DNA from: Sedimenticolaceae bacterium | GTDB lineage: Bacteria > Pseudomonadota > Gammaproteobacteria > Chromatiales > Chromatiaceae | Assembly: GCA_050287965.1 (NCBI GenBank) | Contig: JBNKCX010000025.1 | Location: 6,233-70,232, forward strand | Direction: 5' to 3' | Length of the DNA: 64,000 bases | In this document: in pieces, positions 48,653 through 57,078 of the stretch | How positions within the stretch are numbered: position 1 is the first letter of the stretch | How the letters are laid out: each line of letters begins with the position of its first letter | Position numbers and translations under genes: made by a program | Notes under the pieces: generated by a model | Told to the model about the DNA's origin: nothing | Databases searched by the model: none | The model's input: only the letters and a program-made list of their open reading frames with translations

Positions 48653-48992
48653 ACTCAGTATCTGCCTATCGATGATGCAACAGGTGGAAACCATCGCCGC
48701 CGAGCAGAATGCCCGTCGCGTCACCGCCATCACCCTGCGGATAGGACCGTTGTCGGGGGTGGAACCGGATCTGTTGTTACAGGCCTTTCCCATAGCGGCC
48801 GCAGGCACCCTGGCGGAGGACGCGGAACTGAAAATAGAGCAACAGGCGGTTCGCATCCGCTGCACGCGGTGCGACGCTGAAAGCGAGGTGGCAAGCAACT
48901 TGTTGGCCTGCCCCGCGTGCGGAGAGTTGCGCACCGAACTCATTACGGGTGATGAGCTGCTGCTGGCCAACCTTGAACTACTTAAGGTCTAG
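48645..48992 (+). CDS. hypA: Hydrogenase nickel-insertion protein HypA
   Basis: The start was moved to 48645 (MHELSICLSMM). Zn motif CTRCD...CPACG. It overlaps the hypC stop. Confidence 0.9.
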   Translation: MHELSICLSMMQQVETIAAEQNARRVTAITLRIGPLSGVEPDLLLQAFPIAAAGTLAEDAELKIEQQAVRIRCTRCDAESEVASNLLACPACGELRTELITGDELLLANLELLKV

Positions 48993-49008
48993 AATCCAGG
49001 AACTGAAT

Positions 49009-49782
49009 ATGTGTGATAACTGCGGCTGTAATATAACCGGCGAAAGCAAGCGGGAAACGCTGTCCGTGCTGCAAGACCTGCTGAGCGAAAACGATCATCA
49101 AGCGGCCCACAACCGCCAGCATCTGGACGCCCATGGCGTCCTGGCGGTCAATCTGATGTCATCCCCCGGCAGTGGTAAGACCGCCCTGCTCGAGGCAACC
49201 ATTGACGCCCTCGGGAGCGAACTTCGCATCGCCGTCATAGAGGGGGATCTGGAGACCGAAAACGATGCCCTGCGTATCCGCGAGAAAGGAATCCCGGCGA
49301 TACAGATCAACACCGGCAGCGCCTGCCATCTGGATGCTCACATGATACATAAGGCGCTGCATCAACTTGATCTGGACACTATCGATATTCTCTTTATTGA
49401 GAACGTGGGCAATCTGGTTTGTCCCGCCAGCTTCGACCTGGGGCAGCACCGCAACACTGTTCTGCTTTCAGTAACGGAGGGTGACGACAAACCGTCCAAG
49501 TACCCGGTGATGTTCCGGGCGGCTGATCTGGTACTTGTCTCCAAGTCGGACCTGCTGCCGCACCTGCAGGAGTTCCGGCCGGAACGGGCCACGGAGGCCT
49601 TACGCAACCTGGCCAGCGACATACCGATCCACACCCTGTCGGTCAAAAGCAGCGTGGGGCTTGAAGGCTGGTTCGGTTGGCTGCGTCAGGAGCAATCGGC
49701 GCAACGGGCCCGATTGCAACAGGGCCACACCGCCGCTCCCCGCACGGCACGGCAGGAACAGCATCATCACGACCACGGTTGA
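49009..49782 (+). CDS. hypB: Hydrogenase nickel-incorporation GTPase HypB
   Basis: The start was moved to 49009 (MCDNCGC high-affinity metal site). P-loop SSPGSGKT and a His-rich C-terminus. Confidence 0.9.
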   Translation: MCDNCGCNITGESKRETLSVLQDLLSENDHQAAHNRQHLDAHGVLAVNLMSSPGSGKTALLEATIDALGSELRIAVIEGDLETENDALRIREKGIPAIQINTGSACHLDAHMIHKALHQLDLDTIDILFIENVGNLVCPASFDLGQHRNTVLLSVTEGDDKPSKYPVMFRAADLVLVSKSDLLPHLQEFRPERATEALRNLASDIPIHTLSVKSSVGLEGWFGWLRQEQSAQRARLQQGHTAAPRTARQEQHHHDHG

Positions 49783-49801
49783 GCCGCCCCGGGAAACAAT
49801 C

Positions 49802-50908
49802 TTGGCTACCTCGGCGAAAGAGTGGCTGGCGCTGATCGACGCCCTCCCCCTACCGAACAAGGTGCGCATCATGAACGTCTGCGGCGGCCACGAGCGCGCC
49901 ATTACCCTGGCCGGACTGCGCACCCTGCTGCCGGACACCGTCGAACTGATACCGGGTCCCGGCTGCCCGGTCTGCGTCTGCCCGGAAGAGGATATTTACC
50001 AGGCGATCCAGCTGGCCCTTAATAACGACGTCATACTCCTCGCCTTCGGCGATATGCTGCGGGTACCGGTTAACGTCCCGAGACACGAAGTTCGCACCCT
50101 GGCCCAAGCCCGCGGGGCCGGCGGTGATATCCGGCCCGTGGCGTCGCCGACGGAGGCCCGGCGAATCGCCCTGGAGAACCCGGAGCGCCAGGTGGTATTT
50201 TTCGCCACCGGTTTCGAGACCACTGCCGCGCCCGTGGCCTCCCTACTGACCGAGGGATTGCCGGACAATCTGCTGATTCTGCTTTCCGGTCGACTTACCT
50301 GGCCCGCGGTGGCCATGCTGTTGGAATCGGGAGGTGCCGGATTTGATGCCCTGGTTGCGCCGGGACATGTGGCCGCCGTGATGGGACCGGAGGAATGGGG
50401 ATTCGTGGTGGAGCAACACCGCCTGCCCACGGCGATCGCCGGATTCACCCCGGAAAGCCTGTTGGCGGCCTTCTACTCGGTACTGCGGCAGATCTCCGAG
50501 GGACGCTGTTTCCTGGATAACTGCTATCCGGAAGTGGTACACCCGGGAGGAAACCCCACTGCCCGCAGACAGCTCCAGGCAGCCTTTGAGGTTACGGAAG
50601 CCAGTTGGCGAGGCATCGGCGTGATCCCTGGATCCGGTTTTGCCCTGCGGGAAAACCACGGCGCAAACGATGCCCGCCGAAGGTTTGCCGATTATGCCCG
50701 CGACGGACACAAGCGGATCGGCGAGATGCCGGCCGGCTGCGACTGCGCCCGGGTGGTCCTTGGCAGGATCTATCCTGACCAGTGCGCCCTTTACGGTTCC
50801 ACCTGCACCCCGCGGGACCCGGTCGGCCCCTGCATGGTATCGGACGAAGGGGCGTGCAGGATCTGGTGGTCCGGCGGCATATACCATACCACTGCCACTC
50901 CCTTGTAG
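49802..50908 (+). CDS. hypD: Hydrogenase maturation protein HypD
   Basis: Motifs MNVCGGHERA, GPGCPVCV and FETT. The start is uncertain. TTG at 49802 is the first plausible start after the hypB stop, and the 49535 start in the ORF track would overlap hypB by 248 nt. Confidence 0.8.
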   Translation: MATSAKEWLALIDALPLPNKVRIMNVCGGHERAITLAGLRTLLPDTVELIPGPGCPVCVCPEEDIYQAIQLALNNDVILLAFGDMLRVPVNVPRHEVRTLAQARGAGGDIRPVASPTEARRIALENPERQVVFFATGFETTAAPVASLLTEGLPDNLLILLSGRLTWPAVAMLLESGGAGFDALVAPGHVAAVMGPEEWGFVVEQHRLPTAIAGFTPESLLAAFYSVLRQISEGRCFLDNCYPEVVHPGGNPTARRQLQAAFEVTEASWRGIGVIPGSGFALRENHGANDARRRFADYARDGHKRIGEMPAGCDCARVVLGRIYPDQCALYGSTCTPRDPVGPCMVSDEGACRIWWSGGIYHTTATPL

Positions 50909-50989
50909 GCCCGGCGCACCCGCTCGGCTTTCTTCGGACCGCGGTGGTAAGGTAAAGATTCGTTATCCCTGTAGCTGGAGAAAACCACT

Positions 50990-51994
50990 GTGCGGGAAAA
51001 ACACATCACCCTCGCCCACGGCAACGGCGGCCGGCTCATGCGGGAGCTGATCGAGAGGATCTTCGCCCGCCACCTTGCCAACCCCTCCCTGGATATCGAA
51101 GCGGATGCCGTACCCCTGGACCTGCCCCCGGGTGAACCGGTCTTCACCACCGACGGATTCATCGTGCAGCCGCTGGAGTTTCCCGGTGGTGATATCGGCT
51201 CCCTTGCGGTGCACGGCACCGTCAACGATCTGGCCGTTGCCGGCGCCACACCCCTGTTCCTGAGCCTGAACGCCTTTATCGAAGAGGGTCTGGAGATCGG
51301 ACTCCTGGAACGGGTGGTGACCAGTATCGGCCGCAGCGCCCGGGAGACCGGGGTAAAGGTGGCCGCGGGTGACACCAAGGTGGTACCACGGGGAGAGGGG
51401 GGTGGACTCTATCTGGCCACCACAGGTATCGGCATAAGACCTCCCGGTCTTGCCCTGGGAATGGAACATATCCGACCCGGGGACCGTATATTGGTTAACG
51501 GACCGGTAGGTGACCACGGCATCGCGGTCCTGCTGGCGCGGGAACAGTTCGGACTGCGGGGGAAGCTCTCTTCGGACTCCGCCAGCGTCCTTCCCTTCAC
51601 CCGGGCGCTATTGAACCACCCCGGACTCCGTTTCATGCGCGACCCCACCCGCGGCGGGCTCGTCACAGTCGCCCATGAGATAGCCCGCAGAACCGGACTC
51701 CAGGTGACCCTGTCCGAAGCGGGAATACCGGTTCGGGACCAGGTCCGATCGGTCTGCGAAATCCTGGGCTACGATCCCCTGTATCTCGCCTGCGAAGGGC
51801 GGGTAGTCGCGGTGGTGGCGGAAGAGACCGCCCACCGGGCCCTGGAGACATGGCGTGCCCTACCGGGCGGAGAGGGAGCCGCACTGGTGGGCCGATTGGT
51901 CACCGACGACAGCCTGGTGACCCTCGAAACCGAGCTCGGAGGACGGCGGATTCTGGAGGAGCTGGAAGATGATCCCCTACCCCGAATCTGCTGA
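50990..51994 (+). CDS. hypE: Hydrogenase maturation carbamoyl dehydratase HypE
   Basis: 334 aa with a GTG start. AIR-synthase-like fold motifs and the diagnostic C-terminus PRIC. Confidence 0.9.
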   Translation: MREKHITLAHGNGGRLMRELIERIFARHLANPSLDIEADAVPLDLPPGEPVFTTDGFIVQPLEFPGGDIGSLAVHGTVNDLAVAGATPLFLSLNAFIEEGLEIGLLERVVTSIGRSARETGVKVAAGDTKVVPRGEGGGLYLATTGIGIRPPGLALGMEHIRPGDRILVNGPVGDHGIAVLLAREQFGLRGKLSSDSASVLPFTRALLNHPGLRFMRDPTRGGLVTVAHEIARRTGLQVTLSEAGIPVRDQVRSVCEILGYDPLYLACEGRVVAVVAEETAHRALETWRALPGGEGAALVGRLVTDDSLVTLETELGGRRILEELEDDPLPRIC

Positions 51995-52025
51995 GATAAG
52001 GGGGGTGTTCCGGGTAAAACCTCAA

Positions 52026-52041
52026 ACACAATATGTAGTGA
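52026..52041. promoter_or_regulatory. NrdR box (distal)
   Basis: ACACAATATGTAGTGA matches the 16-bp NrdR palindrome consensus acaCwAtATaTwGtgt at 14/16 positions. Confidence 0.55.
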
Positions 52042-52149
52042 TGATACATATTTCACATTTTTTACGCTTTTTCACCTATAAAAATAAGAAGAATTTTTAA
52101 CTTATTGTTTTTTATGTTTATTCCATTTCTCTAATACACCCGTTTTTCC

Positions 52150-52178
52150 TTGACACACCCCCGTTTTAGACCTAATCT
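52150..52178 (+). promoter_or_regulatory. Sigma-70-type promoter upstream of nrdJ
   Basis: TTGACA-17 nt-TAATCT. It lies 12 nt upstream of the proximal NrdR box. Confidence 0.5.
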
Positions 52179-52189
52179 TTTGCCCCGAA

Positions 52190-52205
52190 ACACAAGATAT
52201 TGTGT
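52190..52205. promoter_or_regulatory. NrdR box (proximal)
   Basis: ACACAAGATATTGTGT matches the NrdR consensus at 15/16 positions and is near-perfectly palindromic. Confidence 0.65.
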
Positions 52206-52391
52206 TTTTAAATTCCGGGCTAAATCCAGGTATTTCTGGGGTTTAACCCGCAACCAAAGTCATTCTGAAGCAGCCCGTCGCCCTCCAGCCGTCGGGCTGC
52301 TTGGGGGGATATCCGGCAACCATCTCAGCACCCGCAACCCGGGTGAAGGGGCCGGGTTTCAAACAACAAATAACTATCGGGAAGGATACGC

Positions 52392-54551
52392 GTGTCTAGT
52401 AAAAGCGCTCACTTGAAAGCTGTTCCATCAAAAGTCTCCGACATTCCGCTGCAAGAAGCCTCGCTGGATATCTGGAATACCAAGTACCGACTCAAGACCA
52501 AGGACGGGACCCCGGTGGATCAGGATATCGACGCAACCTACCGGCGTGTCGCCAAGGCCCTGGCGAAGATCGAAAAGACCCCGGAGCTGCAGGAAAAATG
52601 GGAAGAACAGTTTTTGTGGGCATTGCGTCACGGCGCCATCCCTGCCGGCCGGATCACCTCCAACGCCGGCGCCCAGAAGCATAAACCGGCCACCTCAACC
52701 ATAAACTGCACGGTCTCCGGGACCATTCACGACTCCATGAATGAGATCCTCGGCAAGGTGCACGAGGCGGGCCTGACCCTGAAAGCGGGTTGCGGTATCG
52801 GCTACGAGTTCTCCACCCTGCGCCCGCGGGGGGCCTACGTCAGCGGTGCCGGTGCCTATACCTCCGGCCCCCTCTCCTTCATGGACATCTATGACAAGAT
52901 GTGTTTCACCGTCTCCTCCGCCGGGGGTCGCCGCGGGGCGCAGATGGCCACCTTTGATATCGGACACCCCGACGTCATGGATTTTATCCGCGCCAAACGG
53001 GAGGCCGGTCGCTTGCGACAGTTCAACCTCTCGCTGCTCGTCACCGAGGAATTCATGGAGGCGGTCAAGAGCGACGGCAAATGGAACCTCGCTTTCCCGG
53101 TTTCGGAGAAAGAGGCGGAGGCCGACGGACTGGATCTGAGCAACTCGGAACAGATCGTCTGGCGTGATTGGCCCCATCAGACCGGTTATATCGTCAACGG
53201 TACCGGCAAGGTTGCCTGCAAAATCTACAAAACCATCCGCGCCCGCCGTCTGTGGGACGTCATCATGTCCTCCACCTACGATTATGCGGAACCGGGTTTC
53301 ATACTCATCGACAAGGTCAATGAGATGAACAACAACTGGTTCTGTGAGAATGTACGCGCCACCAATCCATGTGGTGAACAGCCGCTACCACCCTACGGCG
53401 CCTGTCTGCTCGGCTCCATCAACCTCACCCAGTTTGTACGCCAACCCTTTACCGATGAAGCAAGTTTTAATTGGGATGAATTCCGCAAAACGGTCTCCAT
53501 CTTTACCCGCATGCTGGACAATGTGGTGGAAATAAACGGCTTGCCGCTGGAAGAGCAGCGCAAGGAGATCATGCGCAAACGACGCCACGGCATGGGTTAC
53601 CTCGGACTTGGTTCCGCCATCACCATGTTAGGTATGAAATATGGGAATCCTGATTCTCTTAAATTCACCGAGCAGGTCACGCGGGAACTCGCCCTGGAAG
53701 GATGGCGCACCGGCCTGGAACTGGCCAAGGAGAAAGGCCCCGCTCCGATCATGGAGGAGGAGTTTGAGATTACCCCGGAAATGCTGGCTCAGCGGCCGGA
53801 GATGGCGGTAGACAACTGGCAGGTGGGAGACAAGATCAAGGGCAAGGTGTTACACACCAGATACAGCCGCTATATGCAGCAACTGGCGATGGAGGAACCG
53901 AAACTGGTTGAGGCACTGGCCGAAACCGGCTGTCGATTCACCCATCACAGCTCCATTGCACCTACCGGCACCATATCACTGTCGCTGGCCAACAACGCCA
54001 GCAACGGTATCGAGCCCAGTTTCGCGCATCATTATTCACGCAACGTTATTAGGGAAGGCAAGAAATCCAAAGAAAAGATCGACGTCTTCAGCTTCGAACT
54101 TCTGGCATACCGGGCCCTGGTCAACGCAAACGCCATGCCCTATTCCGAGAATCCCGATGAACAACTGCCGGAATACTTCGTTTCCGCGGACGACATCACT
54201 CCCAAGCAACATGTGGATGTTCAGGCGGCGGCTCAGAAATGGATCGACTCCTCCATATCCAAAACAGCCAACGTTCCCACCGATTATCCTTACGAAGAGT
54301 TCAAGGATATTTACCTATATGCCTATGAGCAGGGTCTGAAGGGATGCACCACCTTCCGTTTCAATCCGGAGGCGTTCCAGGGCGTACTGGTGAAAGAACA
54401 GGATCTGAAGAACACCACCTACTGTTTCACACTGGAGGACGGCACCGTGGTCGAGGTGAAAGGTAATGAAGAGATTGAATACGACGGTGAAACCCATACT
54501 GCGGCCAATCTCTTCGATGCCCTGAAAGAGGGTTATTACGGCAAATTTTGA
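52392..54551 (+). CDS. nrdJ: Class II (adenosylcobalamin-dependent) ribonucleotide reductase, large N-terminal polypeptide
   Basis: 719 aa with a GTG start. Active-site loop ATNPCGEQPLPPYGACLLGSINL and motif TINCTVSG. The C-terminal part of the enzyme is encoded separately (next ORF), as in the split NrdJa/NrdJb of Pseudomonas. Confidence 0.85.
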   Translation: MSSKSAHLKAVPSKVSDIPLQEASLDIWNTKYRLKTKDGTPVDQDIDATYRRVAKALAKIEKTPELQEKWEEQFLWALRHGAIPAGRITSNAGAQKHKPATSTINCTVSGTIHDSMNEILGKVHEAGLTLKAGCGIGYEFSTLRPRGAYVSGAGAYTSGPLSFMDIYDKMCFTVSSAGGRRGAQMATFDIGHPDVMDFIRAKREAGRLRQFNLSLLVTEEFMEAVKSDGKWNLAFPVSEKEAEADGLDLSNSEQIVWRDWPHQTGYIVNGTGKVACKIYKTIRARRLWDVIMSSTYDYAEPGFILIDKVNEMNNNWFCENVRATNPCGEQPLPPYGACLLGSINLTQFVRQPFTDEASFNWDEFRKTVSIFTRMLDNVVEINGLPLEEQRKEIMRKRRHGMGYLGLGSAITMLGMKYGNPDSLKFTEQVTRELALEGWRTGLELAKEKGPAPIMEEEFEITPEMLAQRPEMAVDNWQVGDKIKGKVLHTRYSRYMQQLAMEEPKLVEALAETGCRFTHHSSIAPTGTISLSLANNASNGIEPSFAHHYSRNVIREGKKSKEKIDVFSFELLAYRALVNANAMPYSENPDEQLPEYFVSADDITPKQHVDVQAAAQKWIDSSISKTANVPTDYPYEEFKDIYLYAYEQGLKGCTTFRFNPEAFQGVLVKEQDLKNTTYCFTLEDGTVVEVKGNEEIEYDGETHTAANLFDALKEGYYGKF

Positions 54552-54685
54552 TGATTAATCAGCCGCGGTGGCACTAGAGAACCCAGAGATTTCCTATCCC
54601 CGGTATTTTTATACCCGCGCGGCGGAAATCACCTAGACTAAAAACAGATTCGGATAAAAAAACCGAATAGACAGGATCGAATATC

Positions 54686-55375
54686 ATGACCATCAAAATC
54701 GAAAAGAAAATCGTCGACTACAGTGTCGCCAAGGAAGAGGAAGCCGTTCGGACACCGGAGGCCGCCGCCTCTGAGGACGACATTGTCCACATGCATGAAA
54801 ATGTGGCCCGGCCGGAGATGCTTTTCGGCTCCACCTATAAGATCAAGACCCCTCTCTCGGAGCATGCCCTCTATGTCACCATAAATGACATTATCCTCAA
54901 CCAGGGAACACCCCATGAGGTACGCCGCCCGTTCGAGGTCTTCATCAACTCCAAAAATATGGACCACTTCCAGTGGATAGTGGCATTAACCAGGATCATT
55001 TCAGCCGTATTCCGCAAGGGGGGCGATGTCACCTTTCTGGTGGAAGAGCTGCGTTCCGTCTTTGATCCCAGCGGTGGATATTTCAAGAAAGGCGGCAAAT
55101 TCATGCCCTCCCTGGTGGCGGAGATCGGAGACGTCATTCACTGCCACCTGGTCATGATCGGCCTGTTGCAGGAAGAAGTACCGGACGAGCACCAGAAAAA
55201 GCTCATTGCCGAGAAAAGGGCGCAATACGAGGCGTCCATCAATATGAAAGACCGGGAGCACGGCAGCGATTTTCCCGAAGGTGCTCAGCTATGCACCAAG
55301 TGCAGCACCAAGGCAATGATTCAGATGGACAACTGCCTGACCTGTCTCAACTGTGGTGAGTCCAAGTGTGGGTAG
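54686..55375 (+). CDS. Class II ribonucleotide reductase, C-terminal polypeptide (NrdJb-like)
   Basis: 229 aa. Conserved FEVFINSKN...WIVALTRIISAVFRKG and a Cys-rich tail CTKCSTKAMIQMDNCLTCLNCGESKCG. Confidence 0.75.
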   Translation: MTIKIEKKIVDYSVAKEEEAVRTPEAAASEDDIVHMHENVARPEMLFGSTYKIKTPLSEHALYVTINDIILNQGTPHEVRRPFEVFINSKNMDHFQWIVALTRIISAVFRKGGDVTFLVEELRSVFDPSGGYFKKGGKFMPSLVAEIGDVIHCHLVMIGLLQEEVPDEHQKKLIAEKRAQYEASINMKDREHGSDFPEGAQLCTKCSTKAMIQMDNCLTCLNCGESKCG

Positions 55376-55460
55376 TTATGAAGTTTGAAGTTTCGCGACG
55401 CATTGCGCCGCCCCGGCAACTGAAGACTGATAACTTCAAACTACCAACTTTTTACTTTTA
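55376..55460. repeat. Heptamer hairpin element with GC-rich centre (ATGAAGTTTGAAGTTTCG - GCGACGCATTGCGCCGC - ACTGAAG ACTGATA ACTTCAA ACT...)
   Basis: Read directly. It starts at the first base after the nrdJb TAG. The left arm AAGTTTGAAGTT is complementary to AACTTCAAACT in the right arm. Confidence 0.85.
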
Positions 55461-55657
55461 ACCATGCCTGCTGCTTACCCCCAATATTTCGCCCGTGCCG
55501 CCACCCGCCCGGGCCAATTTGCCGGGGTATTTAGACCCATCCTAAATATCCCCCATGTCGGGCTATTTTTGCCTCCTATTTCCGCCCGAAAGCTGTTCTA
55601 TAAGCCGTCATAATCGCTATAATCAACCTTATTCAATAATAAGCTGAGGTAACAGGG

Positions 55658-55900
55658 ATGAATACTGAACGACGCACAGGCCAGGAGCCCGTTCCAAGGA
55701 ATCCGGAACGTCATCTGAATACCACTCAATTATCGGTCCTGCATCGGGTCGAGAGTTTCGGTTGGAAACTTAAATTCCTGCGCCGACCCTTGTTCCAGGA
55801 AACGGTCGCCGTGATAACCAATGCCGACGGCTCGCAGACCGGGGTATTGGAGGAAGACGGCGAGATCAATATGAACTCCGAGGTCCCGTTTAGGGAGTAA
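55658..55900 (+). CDS. Small hypothetical protein (80 aa)
   Basis: GAGG lies 10 nt upstream of the ATG. The ORF fills most of the unit between two inverted repeat copies. No motif was recognised. Confidence 0.5.
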   Translation: MNTERRTGQEPVPRNPERHLNTTQLSVLHRVESFGWKLKFLRRPLFQETVAVITNADGSQTGVLEEDGEINMNSEVPFRE

Positions 55901-55920
55901 TCGGAACTCGCTGGTGGTAG

Positions 55921-55954
55921 AAGCGGCGCTTAGCGCCGCGAAACTTCGAACTCC
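55921..55954. repeat. Inverted copy of the AAGTTTCG + GCGRCGC-NNN-GCGCCGC module
   Basis: The reverse complement GGAGTTCGAAGTTTCGCGGCGCTAAGCGCCGCTT matches 55379-55412 at 26/34 positions by hand alignment. Confidence 0.8.
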
Positions 55955-55964
55955 AGAATTTAAA

Positions 55965-55981
55965 GGCGGGCTATGCCCGCC
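55965..55981 (-). terminator. Putative terminator hairpin downstream of sppA
   Basis: GGCGGGC-TAT-GCCCGCC, followed on the minus strand by TTTAAATT. Confidence 0.4.
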
Positions 55982-56007
55982 TCTCTAACTGTTAACTCTA
56001 AAAAAGT

Positions 56008-56967
56008 TTACCTCACAGCGGGCGCACCGGAGAGGCCCATAATGCCGGCCAGTGTTTCCCCTGCGCTGGCGCCCATCTTACGGGCAAAGCGCTCCAACAG
56101 ATCTTCGGTCCTGGTGTAATCGACGATCTCTTCCTGACCGATCAACTCCCGGGCTACATAGCTGGCGCTGCCGATACCGTCGACCAGTCCCATCTCGACA
56201 CTCTCCTCGCCTATCCAGGACAACCCGCTGAATATCTCATCGTTCGGCTTCAGTCGGTCCCCTCTTCCTTTCTTGACCACCTCGATAAACTGTTGATGCA
56301 CCTTATCCAGGAGGGACTGGATGTGCTTACGGTCAAATTGCGTTACCGGGGAGAAGGGATCCAGGGCCCCCTTGTGTTCGCCGGCCGTATACAGTCGCCG
56401 CTCGACACCCAGCTTCTCCATTCCCTCCACAAAACCGAAGCCGTTCATCAGTACACCGATGGAACCGACGATACTGGCCTTGTCCACGTAGATTTCGTCA
56501 GCCGCTACCGCCACGAAATATCCCCCGGAAGCAGCCATATCCCGAACCACCGCGTAGACCGGAATATCCGGATGTTTGGCTTTAAGCCGCTGGATTTCAT
56601 CGTTGATATAGCCCGCCTGCACCGGGCTGCCCCCAGGGCTGTTGATACGGATTATGACGCCCTTTGTGTGTTTATTCTTAAAGGCCTCCCGCAAGCCCGT
56701 GATGACATTGTCCGCACTCGCCTCGGCCCCATCCATGATGATTCCATTCACGTCCACCAGCGCCGTATGGGGAGCCTGTTTACCGAGCCCGGCATCCTGT
56801 GGAACCAGAAGCCCGATCAGAAAAAACAGATAAATGAAAGTCAGGATCTTGAAAAAAATCCCCCAGCGACGGGCCCGGCGCCTCTCTTTCAGAGAAGAGA
56901 GTGCCAGTTCCTCAATCAGCTTACGCTCCCACTGTTCCGGTTTGCTGCCGTTTTCACCCGATTCCAT
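56008..56967 (-). CDS. sppA: Signal peptide peptidase SppA, 36K type (S49)
   Basis: 319 aa with an N-terminal TM. Motifs INSPGGSPVQAG and MAASGGYFVA (Ser nucleophile). Confidence 0.85.
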   Translation of the reverse strand: MESGENGSKPEQWERKLIEELALSSLKERRRARRWGIFFKILTFIYLFFLIGLLVPQDAGLGKQAPHTALVDVNGIIMDGAEASADNVITGLREAFKNKHTKGVIIRINSPGGSPVQAGYINDEIQRLKAKHPDIPVYAVVRDMAASGGYFVAVAADEIYVDKASIVGSIGVLMNGFGFVEGMEKLGVERRLYTAGEHKGALDPFSPVTQFDRKHIQSLLDKVHQQFIEVVKKGRGDRLKPNDEIFSGLSWIGEESVEMGLVDGIGSASYVARELIGQEEIVDYTRTEDLLERFARKMGASAGETLAGIMGLSGAPAVR

Positions 56968-57078
56968 AATCGCTGTTACCTCTGTTTCCTGTTGTCTACC
57001 TGTTTACCGACCTAATTATATTGCAGGAGTCGTCGGTGTTTGCGTGGCATTACTCACACTGTTAATTGAGTATCGAGT

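Noticed and set aside
49535-49801. The 5' extension of the hypD ORF in the track (and similar extensions 48356-48409 for hypC, 48609-48644 for hypA, 48949-49008 for hypB, 59184-59240 for rne, 31094-31180 for dacC, 33332-33379 for the PEP-CTERM gene, 62653-62754 for the phosphatase).
   Set aside because: The longest-ORF starts overlap upstream genes or precede conserved N-termini ([27 protein letters not shown]), signal peptides or the P-loop position. Internal starts fit the family N-termini.
52206-52391. Cobalamin riboswitch in the leader of the B12-dependent nrdJ.
   Set aside because: I could not find the conserved B12-box or the characteristic core by eye. B12 riboswitches normally repress B12-independent isozymes or transport/biosynthesis genes, not B12-dependent enzymes. 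It is kept only as an unexplained structured leader.
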